Source: the human T2T-CHM13v2.0 reference genome, Homo sapiens. From it: a stretch of 64,000 nucleotides of DNA. This document shows positions 20,826 to 34,211 of this stretch, in pieces; within the stretch, counting starts at the first letter, position 1; each line of letters starts with the position of its first letter. The notes under the pieces are model-generated. The model did no database searches and was not told where the DNA came from. It worked only from the letters and a program-made list of their open reading frames with translations. A program made the translations under genes and the position numbers. The stretch lies in the NCBI RefSeq assembly GCF_009914755.1, contig NC_060946.1; one strand, 5' to 3'.

Positions 20826-21420
20826 AAAGGGGAGAACCCTCGAGTAATCTCTGGTCTAAAGTCAGGATTGAATGGAACAATCATATCTCACGCAATGGCC
20901 TCTCTGAATTGCAAGGTCACCAGGGGAAGACAGAGCCAGAGGCTGATGGAGCTGAGGTTCCTGAAGCATGGGATACCATAGTCCTTGCCCAGGCACTATT
21001 CATCCAGACATGCAGAGCCGTGGCTGCATGGAGTGCGGTCCTCACAGCATGAGCCAGGGAGTCACCAGTCTTGAGCTTCCCCAGCCCCTAACCCTGCCTG
21101 GTACACTGTGAGACCCAACAAATAGTTGTCAGATCAATGGATTGCCGCCCCAATTGTCTTGCACACCTCCGGGCATGGGAGGCTCACTGCCACCCAAGGC
21201 AGCCTGCCCCTTTGTTGAACAGCCTGCTGGAAATGCCGCTCTTGACCCCAAATGGCAAAATTATGGAGCAGCATCCAGGGAACTCTGGCTTTGGAATTTA
21301 TCCCCACGAGATAATTCAAAAGCAGTAAAAACAAGTAATCAATAGGAAGGTGTTCATTCTAGTGTTGTCTGTCATGGTAGAAATCTAGCAGTGATCTGAA
21401 TGCCTCACAGATGGCAAAGA

Positions 21421-21448
21421 TTCTCTCTCTCTCTCTCTCTTTCTCTCT

Positions 21449-21506
<58 letters not shown>

Positions 21507-21530
21507 CAGAGACAGAGAAAGAGTGTGTGT
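21421..21530. repeat. Compound microsatellite (TC)n-(TG)n-(AG)n
   Basis: Read directly from the sequence. Confidence 0.97.
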
Positions 21531-22458
21531 TACTCCTGAGACACCACCACAATGGACAACCTAGCAACCATTAAAAACGTGAACTCTGAGAAGCATGTAG
21601 AAACATGAGGAATTGCAATCTAACAGAAAGTTAAGAAAAGCAGAATGCACATTGTGCCTGCAGCCACGTAAGCTGAATGTGCACAGACAGGAGGGGGTGG
21701 AAATAAGCAGGAGAGGAAATAGCTGTGCGGTCAGAGTGGCTGCACCTTAGGCTGTTTTAAAAAGCTTATTTACAATTGTATCTCCTCATTTTCTATGTAC
21801 CATTATTCCCATTTTAGAGAGGAGGAAATTGACGCCCAGAGAACTGAAGCCATTTGCACATAGTGGCTGCTGGGACAAACCTGGCAGTTGACTCTGAGCC
21901 CCTTTATGATCCTGTTTGTCATCCCCTACCTGGGCCTGCAAGTTCTGCAGCCCTTCTGAGAGCTGAAGGCAAAACCCTTGCCCCGAGAGCCTTGTCTTCT
22001 TCTCGATGACCGTCCCTGTGCCCTCATTGTCCCCACTTGGAGACTTGGTCTCAATTCTCCCTATCACAGACCAAGAAGGAGACATGGCCAGAGATGCCTC
22101 CCCGATAGACAAGAATTGCCTGGAAACATTCATGCTACCACAGCCTGACCTTTGCATGAATCTCGGGAACAAAGACCCCTTGCACCCACCAGGGCAACCC
22201 TGCCAGGCGAGCCAACAGAGTGATGTGTGGAGCCACCCGGCGTGGCGATCTGCTCTCCAGGATGCTATTAAATCTGACCTGGCAATTATAACTTTGCAAT
22301 AGGTGACGGCCTCATGACCACAGTACATCCCTGGGCTCCAGGCTCTGGGGTCTGTGGAGAATTCTAGAGCATCAAGGCCAGGTAAACAGCCCCTTCTTTG
22401 AAGAAAAGTAGAAGACATAACCTATCTGCAGATACAGCTGGCTTTGCTGAGCCATGTA

Positions 22459-22864
22459 TTAGGTGGTGCAAAAGTAATTGCGGTTTTTGCCATTACTGTC
22501 AATGACAGAAACAGCGATTACTTTTTTTTTTGAGATGGAGTCTCACTCTTGTTGCCCAGGCTGGAGTGCAATGGCACGATCTTGGCTCACCAAAACCGCC
22601 TCCCGGGTTCAAGCGATTCGATTCTCCCGCCTCAGCCTCCCGAGTAGCTGGGATTACAGGCGTGCACCACCACACCCGGCTAATTTTGTATTTTTAGTAG
22701 AGACAGGGTTTCTCCATGTTGGTCAGGCTGGTCTCGAACTCCCGACCTCAGGTGATCTGCCCGCCTCGGCCTCCCAAAGTGCCGGGATTACAGACCTAAG
22801 CCACTGTGCCCAGCTGTGATTACTTTTGCACCAATCAAACCACAATACTTTTGCACCAATCTAA
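22459..22864. mobile_element. MADE1 (Hsmar1 mariner MITE) split by an antisense Alu (22522-22815)
   Basis: TA|ttaggtggtgcaaaagtaattgcggtttttgccatt...acttttgcaccaatctaa|TA; Alu TSD g(c/t)gattactttt. Confidence 0.92.
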
Positions 22865-24214
22865 TACTTATCTCCTCTCCCTGACAACTCGCTAAGGTGC
22901 ATGTTATTCTCCCTGTTTTACAGATGAAGAGCCTGAGGCTCCATAGGTGGGCAGCATCGCTGAGCTTGCAAGAGCCACAGCTGGGCTCCGAACACAGGCT
23001 CATCAGGCCCCACAAACATGCCCCTTTCCTCCAGCCTGGACTAAACAGCTGAAACAAACACAACTCTCTTCCCTCACCCACCCCAGCCCAAAATTCTTTA
23101 CATTTGAGCCATATGTTCAGGAGTTTCCTGAAGACACAAGCCTCCTATTCAGACATTCACTCAACAAACATTCATTGGGCATTGATTGTATGCTAGAATC
23201 TGCATGCAGAGGTAGGGAAGCTTTCACAAACCAAAAAGCCATGGCCCCTGCCTTCTTGGGGCTCAAGCTAAAGGGAGAGGCCACCTCCAACAAGCACATG
23301 AAGCTGTATAGTTGGAACAATGGGAAGGAAGGTTATGAGATGCCATTTGGACGTCAGGGTTCTGGAGGGCTTGCAGGCAGCAGAAACAGCACATGCAAAG
23401 GCCCTGTGGTGGGAACAAAATAGGCCAGTGTGGCAGGAGTATAGTGAATGTTGGGGATAAAATACATTTTTATTAACTCCTCATACCAGTGGTTCCAACA
23501 TCGCCACATGGCCACTGCACACTGCCTCTGAGCCTCTTGTACATAACCTCTAAATCTTTACAGTGCTTTCATGGTGAGGATATTTGCCCCCACTTCCCAT
23601 TTTACAGGTGAAAGAAAATGGAAACTCAGAGAGACATTGAAAGTTCCTGAACCCAGCAACTGACTCTCAGCCTGCACACCCAGCCTCCGTGGTGAGGGTT
23701 TACCATGTGCCCGGCTCTGTACGAAGCACTTACACATCTTATTGCAACGAGTCCTTTCAGCAACCTGTGATGTGGAGACTCTTGCACAGACAAGAAAAGT
23801 GAGGCTCAGAAGGAGATGCGACCCACAGAGCCCAGAAGCTGCGGGGCTGGAATCTAAACCCAGGTGGGTCTGACTCCAAGCAAGCCAGCGCTGTTTCCCC
23901 AGGACCACAGTTGCAGCAACTTTGAGGTGTCTCTCGGGGCCTCGGGCAGAAGCCAGCCCCACTCTGCACACAGACATGAGTGATGAATTCACCTGCGGTT
24001 CCTCGTCTGGCCACTGACCTGCCGCCTCGGCAGATCCCCAGGCTTAACAATCTCCAGCCACAGAACTAAGAACTCTCCCGGTGACTGGGAGCATCTTTCT
24101 GTGAGTCATCTGAGGGCCTGGCCCCCCTCTTCATCCTGTAGGTCCCCTTTATCATCAGCCAATCCTTTGACACCTGCCACTACCTTGGCTGGCGCCATCA
24201 GGTTGAACCCCACT

Positions 24215-24640
24215 TCACTACTGCCTCAGTCTGGGTTCCCCCAAAAGAAGACCCTCGGGCAAGGATCTCGGGGTGAGCCCCTTGTCTGCCAGGTAATTCC
24301 AGGAGTAGGGTCGGGAGTGGGGAAGTGAGAGAGGAGGAAACCAGCGAAGGATGCATTAGGGAGTGGCTGACCACTGTGGGAAGCGGGCGCAGTCCTGCTG
24401 GGGACCTCTGGGAAACTGTGCACACTATGCTGCAGCTGCCCCAACAGAGGGGCGAGGGAGCTGGGGTATTTACCCACCAGTGCCCATCCCTCTCTGGCTG
24501 AGGGCTGCTCCTGAGGTGGGGCTGGGGGTGTTAACTCTCCAGCCCTTCTAGCCAGCCTGTCCAGTCACCCGGCCAAGAGCACAGGGGCTATCTCTCCGCA
24601 GATGACCTGCAGGGAGCCGAGACATGTGAATGGGGCATTG
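24215..24640. mobile_element. Old ERVL-type LTR fragment (LTR16/LTR33-like)
   Basis: cagtctgggttcccc...agaccctcgggcaaggat...aggtaattccagga resembles this family. Subfamily uncertain. Confidence 0.45.
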
Positions 24641-24855
24641 ATTAGGGGAAGTTCATCCGTCCTTCCAGTCTGCCAGGCAGCAAACATTTCTACAGCCTCC
24701 ATCCTGTGCCTGGCAGTGCTACCATCTGAAAAGAGGCAGCCTGGAAGGGCAGAACAATCAAACGCCTACTATGCGTGAGGCACCACACTGAATACTTAAA
24801 TATGCAATCTTTTCAAACTACATGTACATGTATAAGCATCAACACCACCTCACGG

Positions 24856-25356
<501 letters not shown>

Positions 25357-25377
25357 CTATTTTTCTCTTCTTATCAT

Positions 25378-25482
25378 CATAGTTCACCAAATCTAAGACA
25401 CTGCCAGTTGTAAACCACATCACAATTTTAGAGATGTTAAAATGAGGGAAGAAAAGCACTTCTTAGAATTGATGGGATATGG
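25378..25482. mobile_element. Short Tc2-type DNA-transposon MITE (MER104/Kanga-like)
   Basis: Degenerate inverted ends cata..ttca..aaatctaaga / tcttagaattgatgggatatgg; interior ttttagagatgttaaaatg. Confidence 0.5.
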
Positions 25483-26036
25483 TCTTGTTCCCATTTTCCA
25501 GATTAAGGCGTTATTGAGGCTTGGGGCAGGAATAGCACTGGCCTGTTTTCCCCCTTTGATCCCTGCTTCCCGCCCCCGGGACAGGACCCTCACTAGGTCA
25601 CCCTGGTGTCAGGTTCAGGCAGACTTTGCTGTTCATGCTAAGTTACAGGAGGAGAATCAACACTTTTCAAGCGGTGGATTAACTTATTTCAGTGCTGTGC
25701 CAAAGAGAACCAGAAGTCTGGAGCAATTATGCTGATGGGGCCCACACCCACCCAACACCCTCGTCCCGGCCTCCACCAAGATGACTCAGCCCAAATTATC
25801 CCCCTAATTGTCTCAACCCGTGTGGACTCCAGCTGGGGCCCTCCTTCCCCCAAACCCGCATGACTGGATCCTTGAGGGCTGCAGACAGGCAGAGCGCTCC
25901 CCTCTCTCTGAAACGGAATGTTGCTTTCCAGGCCCTTCCACCATTGCTCATCAACTCAGTTTCCACTTCCCTCCCGCTTCGGCCCACCCTCCTCTGCGCA
26001 CAGGCCTGGTTGTTGATGGTCTTTATGAAAGCTCCT

Positions 26037-27046
<1,010 letters not shown>

Positions 27047-27799
27047 TTAAGTCCCTTGAGGGGAAGAACTATCTTGCACTGCCATCTGGATCCCACCCAG
27101 CAGAGGTCATGGCACAGAGATGATGTTCAAGTTAAGTGGGATTGGATGGAGAGAAGGAAATAAAAAAAAACCAAAGAAGTTTGATCATGGAAGAACAAAG
27201 GGGGCCTCTTAAGAAGGAGGGGATGTGCTAAGGCTGAATCAGCCTCCCTTAGCAAGAACAAGAAGACATAACAGCAAAAACAAGCAGACACAGTGATGTT
27301 TCACATAAACCAAAGAACACACAGGATCTCCAGGCAGATGGGAGAATGCACTCAGGGGTAGACTTTTGTATTCAGGATTCAAAAGAGAATTTTTTGTTGG
27401 CTAAGAAAGCTTTCCTAGTATGTTGATTTTATGAATGCAGAAGTCTCATGAATTGGACAGGTGTTTTTTGAAGACCCATTGGGGAGGCAGATTGGGAGTC
27501 ATGGGCCCCTGGCTCAGGCTGTGTTCATTGCAGACTGGGAGACACTGGGAAACTTACTCACTTATTTTAATTGGCAGGGACACAGGAATGAATTGATTCC
27601 CTCAAGGACACTTGTTTGTGAGAGGCTCAATATCATCATTGGTCTAGACAGCCCCTCAAACCCAGTCAACTCCCCTCCCCATAGCCACAGACATGGGCCA
27701 TCCTGTATTCAACATAGTTTTGTTCTTCCAGGCTATCTGCCACCCTTTTATATACACACATGTATATATCCAAGAACTGCCGTGGGTAAATGGTTTTTA

Positions 27800-28315
<516 letters not shown>

Positions 28316-28779
28316 CCTGACCCACTAGACGCTTCACTTCCTCCTTTCATGGTCTCATCTATAAAAATGAGATGCCACAGATGACTTCCAAGTTGCCACA
28401 GGCTGGCTGCTTCAAATGCAGACTTCACCCCCAGGAAGCTCACAGTTCAGCCAGGGAGCCATGATTTGTACATAAGTGAAAGAAATCTCACTCCATGACT
28501 GAATTGGGTGATAACTGGCATCTTAATCCTCATCTCTGTTATTGGCCTTTAAACCCTTGCCACCCAGAGAATGCTTTGCACAGTGTCTGGCACTCCTGGA
28601 AGAGTGAGTGAGGCCAGTGGGTGGTATGGCATGGGTGAGACAGGGAGGAGTGGGGTGCAGCTCTGCCAGTTGCATCAGTTGCATCGGGGGCCCCTGCCTG
28701 GTGCATCCATAGCAGCCCAGCCTGGGCAGCTTCCTGTCCCAGCCCGGCAGGATGCACCTCACGTCACACAGCGGGAATC

Positions 28780-29200
28780 CTCTTGCTGTTATTTACATTG
28801 CTTGCAAAATCCAAGAAATCATCCCTGAATATGTGGCCCAATGTCTTGAGATTAAATCCTTTTAGCAGGATTCTCTTTCCCCAGTATTCTCCTGTGATCC
28901 AGACCACAGAGCCCGCCTGACGGTGGATCCGGATTTGATGTTACTGGGAACAAGAAAGAAACCGTGTTGCGAAAGCTCGGAATCAGATCTCCGGCCCAGT
29001 GGAAACACTGCCATATGCTTAATTGTGCTCCAATTACACAGAATGCTCCAGAATCGCTGCTCTGAGGTGGAGAGACGCTAATGGCCATCATTACATTTGG
29101 ACAGCCCTGTTCAGCTTTATGTGATCTTTGCAACTACTGTGTGGTTCACTGAGAGTTGCTGGCCTATTTTAACACAAGAGAGACGGTGGAGTTTCTCATT
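28780..29200. promoter_or_regulatory. Candidate enhancer (homeodomain, E-box and RUNX motifs)
   Basis: Unique block with many CpGs. CATATG at 29012-29017, TAATTG..CAATTA at 29020-29036, TGTGGTT at 29140-29146. Confidence 0.4.
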
Positions 29201-29700
29201 TGCAAAAGCTGACTGAGCACCTAGGATGGACCAAGCCTGGTTCCAGCCACTGAGGACAGTGCAAACCAGGCTCTCATGGAACTTCTAGTCCAGTGGGGAG
29301 ACAAGCAACACACACACGCATGCACGCACACACACACACACACACACTGCCCGTAGAGATAAGTGCCGTGAAGAATTAAGAGCTATGAGAAATGGGAACA
29401 GGGCCTAAACAGTGGTCCAGGGAGGCCCCCTGCAGAGGAGCATTTGGGTACCTATGTGAGGTAAGGGAGGGAGCTGCGAGGAGGAGATCTGGTGGAAGAG
29501 TGTTAGCAGCGGGAACAGCCAGTGCAAAGGCTAAGGGGACCTGCTTGGTGTGTTGGACAGCCGGTGTGGCTGGAGTGGGGAGAAGGACTGGAAGATGGGG
29601 AAAGGATGACACTTGTAAGGGCCACAGGAAGGAATCTGCACTTCACTATGAGTTGCATGGGACAGCTCTGAGCAGAGGAGGGATGTGACCTGTTTGATAC
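29200..29700. mobile_element. L2 fragment with an internal (CA)n
   Basis: actgagcacct...ctctcatggaacttctagtccagtggggagac...agcgggaacagccagtgcaaagg. Confidence 0.65.
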
Positions 29701-29719
29701 TTAGAAGAATCTCCCCCAC

Positions 29720-30018
29720 TTTTATTTGAGACAATGTCTTGCTCTGTTGCCCTGGCTGAAGTAATGTAATTACAGTGGTGTAATGATACTTCGCTGCAGC
29801 CTCAAACTCCTGGGGCTCAAGAAATCCTCCCACCTCAGCCTCCCAAGTAGCTGGAACCACAGACATACGCCACTGCGCCCAGCTAATTTTTAAATTTTTT
29901 GTAGAGATGGGGTCTCACTTTGTTGCCCAGGCTGGTCTTGAGCTCCCGGGCTCAAGCCATCCTCCCACCTCGGCCTCCCAGAGTGCTGGGATCACAGGCA
30001 TGAGCCACCACGCCTGGC
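29720..30018 (-). mobile_element. Alu (AluJ-like)
   Basis: Antisense Alu with agaatctc on both flanks. Confidence 0.9.
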
Positions 30019-31545
30019 TAGAATCTCTGTGGTTCCTCTGTGGGAGGGGAAGGGGCCAGTTAGAAAGCTCTTGAGCAACAATCCAGGGAGGGAGGATGGC
30101 AGCCGGACAGGGTCAGGGTGGAAGGGACAGAAGTGATGGGAAGACGAGAAGAGTCAGACCCTGGGCAGATTCTGAAAACAGAGCCAACGGGATCCACTGA
30201 TGCATCCAGTGTGGGCATGAGAGGCACATCTGACCCAGTCAGAGAGCAGGGAGTTGAGCCAGGTCTCCAGCTCACCGGTGCCCAGGGCTCTCTGCCACAG
30301 CCCGTCACTAGAGCTTTAGTGCATGCATTTGAACAAGTATGATGACTGCCACTAAATCCAGTGGGTTCGATCCCTTGTTAAGGGGATCACTCGGCTTCTT
30401 TTCCATTTGCAGACTCTATTCCTCACCTCCATTCTCTCTTGCCAACAAGAGAGAATGTGTGGGTCTAGGCCCCTGGGTCAACTGCAGTGTTTCACGGAAA
30501 GATAAAGCCCATTCAAATAATCCTGTATGTTTGCACCTACTTTGAAGCCTCACCTCAAGAGAAGAGAAGGGTCTTTTCATCTTCACTGCACAGACTGGAA
30601 CAGAGGTGGCAAAATCTGCTGCTCAAGGCAACAGGGCAACTTGGAGTGATGGGGAGATAGTCAGGACCTGGGTGAGCCCTGTGTAAGTTGAGTGAAGGAT
30701 CACGGTACTGGGATCCTGCTGGACCCAGACACTGGTTCCCACTCCCTCCCCATGGCTTGGCCTATTTCCCAGTTCCCACTGCCCAGCCTGGAGACCTCAC
30801 ACTTGAGTCCACCTTCATGCATAGCTGTACTGGAGGAGCTTCGAACTTTAAACATTTGAAAGCACCCAGGAATGTTGAACTTCGTTAATCAGGTACAAGG
30901 GGTCCAGCTTCTTATTCATTCTGCCAATAGAAGCTCCCATGACGATTTAAGGAAGAGAGAGCAATTCCATCTCAGAACATTCACAGTTCTAGTCCATTCT
31001 GTCTTTGAATCTCTTAGGTCTAATTCCTTATCTGTTCCATCTTGAAACTTTCAAGGTTTTCATTCCTTTGAAAAAAGAGCCTAGATCAGACGCCTGCCCT
31101 ACTAGAATTTCCGTGATCTAATTTCTAATACAGTCCACCCCAGAACTTTGGAAAAGTGTGTGGCAAAGAATTGTGTGTCCCATTCTCTACCATGAATATC
31201 TGCTTGTATCCAATTATTCCTCCAGTCAATCTTTTCTGAGTGGTGACTGCAAGCCAGGCACAGGGCTGGGAACTGAGAACAGAAAAGGGACCCGGACAGA
31301 GGGAGACAAACACCGTTAAGTACATGATGATGGTGTTGTGTACTAAAATCGTAAGAATGTCCTCTAAGTCCACTGTGTGCCAGGCACTGGAGAGAGAAAG
31401 CATGGGTCCTGCAGGCACCTGTGGCTGAACGGCTTTTAGAATCACCATCAGAATTACACATGAGAACAAATTAAAATGCAGGTCTTTAGGCCTGAGCCCT
31501 CAGAAGTTCTTGTTCTGCCAGTCTGGATCAGTAGGTGGGTCCAGC

Positions 31546-31660
31546 TAGGGTGACCCATCGTCCCAGTTTGCCCCCAATCTAAGGGGTTCTACAGGAGGTG
31601 GGGCTTTCAGTGCTAAGACCAGGACAGTCCTGGGCAAAGTGTGGTGGTTGGTGCCCCCTA
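31546..31660. mobile_element. MER81-like hAT MITE nested in a MER5-like element
   Basis: TIRs tagggtgacc...ggtgcccccta; interior ctttcagtgctaagaccaggacagtcctgggcaaa. Confidence 0.75.
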
Positions 31661-32059
31661 GACCCAAGAGTCTCTATTTTTAACACACTCTCCAGTTGAT
31701 TCAGACACAGGGAATCTGCAGGGCCAGGTCAGGACAGAGAGGAAGCCCTGAGTTCTCATCTTCCCTGGGACAGACTCTGAAATCCAGAGGAGTTTGTGCA
31801 GGCAAGGCTGGCTGGCAAAGGATGGGTAATCCAGGCAGAGGGGGCAGCCAAGGCCCCCCGGAGTAAAAGTGCTGGTGAGGTCTAAGACCCCAGATCTGCT
31901 CACCTAGATCTGCTTCAGAGCATTCCCAGCACAGCAGGCCAGTGCAAGGAGAAGTAGAAATTAAAAAGGATTTGATGAGCCTAACTGAGTGGAGAGGTCC
32001 AAGCTTGCCCATACTGCCAGGCCAAATTTCCCTGCAGCCCCCAGCTGGGCACAGCTGAG

Positions 32060-32790
32060 CTATGGCTTCCGTGAGCTGCAGGATATTTGGAATAAAGGCT
32101 CAACCTTGGAAAAGTATTAATGAAAATGTCACAGGCACTAAAGTCAAAGCAGATGTGAAGCCAGCTACACGGGCAGACATAACTGATAAGAAACAGCCCA
32201 GGAGAGAACAAAACCTCTTGAGATTAGGTCAAGGGCAGACAAAAAAAAAAAAAAATTACATCCGGGGGTTCCCCATGGCAACTCAGAGGAACACTGTCGC
32301 GCCTGTGGAACAAGCTGACATTTTTGTGCTGCTGTGTTATATATTGACATCCCAACAGGACAGCGTTCAGAGGCCTCCACATCAGCAAATAAATATTACG
32401 TCTCCATCTTCAGCTAAGCAGAGCTGTGGTGCATTCCTATTACTTCATGTGGATTAACCATCTGGAAGTTGAATCAAGCCACAGAGTAAAGAATGAGATC
32501 CAATTTTGCATTCACCAAAATAAGCCGTACTAGTCTCAATTTATGGCAGATGGTTATGCAGTCTCAGCGGGCCAAAAAATCTCTCTGCAAAAGAATAAAG
32601 TTTATGCCAATTACTGTAATAGGAAACAGCACAACAACTGTGTGGGGTTGAGTAAGATCGCAGAGATTGCCGTACAGCTCATAAACTGCGGGGGGCCAGG
32701 GGAACTATGGGGACCCAGTTAATTCATTAAGATAACGCGAGAGAAATCAGGAGCAGAGTTCGTCATAAAACAGAAATATTTCCCCGCAAA
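32060..32790. promoter_or_regulatory. Candidate developmental enhancer (RFX, NF-kB, ETS, HOX/CDX, E-box and GATA motifs)
   Basis: ~700 bp free of interspersed repeats, AT-richer than its flanks, with retained CpGs and dense motifs (see findings). Confidence 0.5.
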
Positions 32791-33423
32791 GGATGGGAGG
32801 GAATTGAGGTACAGTGGCTCCTATCTGGGTGGGGCCTGGGTCATGCTGCAGGCAGGGCCAGGGAAATGGTTAATGGTCACAGGGAGGCTGCCTGGTGACC
32901 CGTGGGAAAGGTATAGGAAGAGAGCCGTTAAACTCTGGGTTTCTCCACTCCATTCATTCAAAACAGGTCTGTTGAGCACGGGCTAGTCTGTGGCAGGCAA
33001 TGGGCAGGCCTCGAGCCTACCATGGCCAGTGCCCTGCACTCCTGGGATCTGGCCTTAAGGAGCTCCCAGCTTGGTGCCCAGGAGGGAGGCTGGTCGAGTC
33101 GGAAGGTCCAGGGAGGCTTCTTGGAGGGCAGGGCCCTGGGGCTGAGGATGAAGGATGAAGAGGAGGGAAAAGGGCTCCGGGCCTACAGGACACACTGTGG
33201 GCTTTGGTCTCAGAGAACCTGGAAGAAGGCTATCCTGGCTGCAGCCTGGTGGTGAGGGGCAACAGCTAGGCAGAGATGGAGAGGGTGGCTGGGCCTCTTG
33301 GGCCCAGAGAGGTTTGTCTGTGTCCTGAAATCAAAGATGGAATGATATGCTCTCTCTTCCTTTTGGATAGGGATCTTTGGCTACAGGAGCTCTTGACTCT
33401 TTGCAGCTGAGAGAAGCTTTTAA

Positions 33424-33801
<378 letters not shown>

Positions 33802-34099
33802 TGATGGAATGAGGCACTATAGCACAGAGGAGGGATTCACTCTTTCTCCATCATCCTGCCTGAGGAAAGCACTGCCGGTGACCTCCTGGCCAGCACCTCC
33901 TGGGATAACGGCTTCCATATAACCTGTTCCCCACCCCCACCCTGGGAACTTTCGTGCCCTGCTAGGACTCAAGTGGGAGGGTTTAGGCAGTTGGTCTGGG
34001 ACACATCAGGTTTCAAAACAAGGTTGCCCGTTTCCTATACAATGTTGGTTCAGCTCTCGTATTTGTTTTTAAATGAATGCTGACATTTGGGGTTCACAA

Positions 34100-34211
34100 T
34101 AGGGTGACCAACTGTTCCAGTTCCCCCAGGAATGTACTGGTTTTAGCACCAAAAGTCCAGCCTTCCAGGAAACCCTCTATCCTGGGCAAACCAGAATGGC
34201 TGGTCACCCTC
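34100..34211. mobile_element. MER81-like hAT MITE, opposite orientation to the 31546 copy
   Basis: TIRs agggtgacca...tggtcaccct. Confidence 0.78.

Noticed and set aside
21786-22418. 210-aa minus-strand ORF, the longest in mostly unique DNA
   Set aside because: No recognisable domain, it ends in MIR-derived sequence, and I see no promoter or splice support. PhyloCSF or Ribo-seq evidence would be needed to revive it.
22459-22864. Possible miR-548 family gene
   Set aside because: The MADE1 hairpin is broken by a 300-bp Alu, so a normal pre-miRNA is unlikely.
32450-32555. TWIST1-homeodomain Coordinator composite motif
   Set aside because: E-boxes and TAAT-like sites are adjacent, but spacing and orientation do not match the composite as I recall it.
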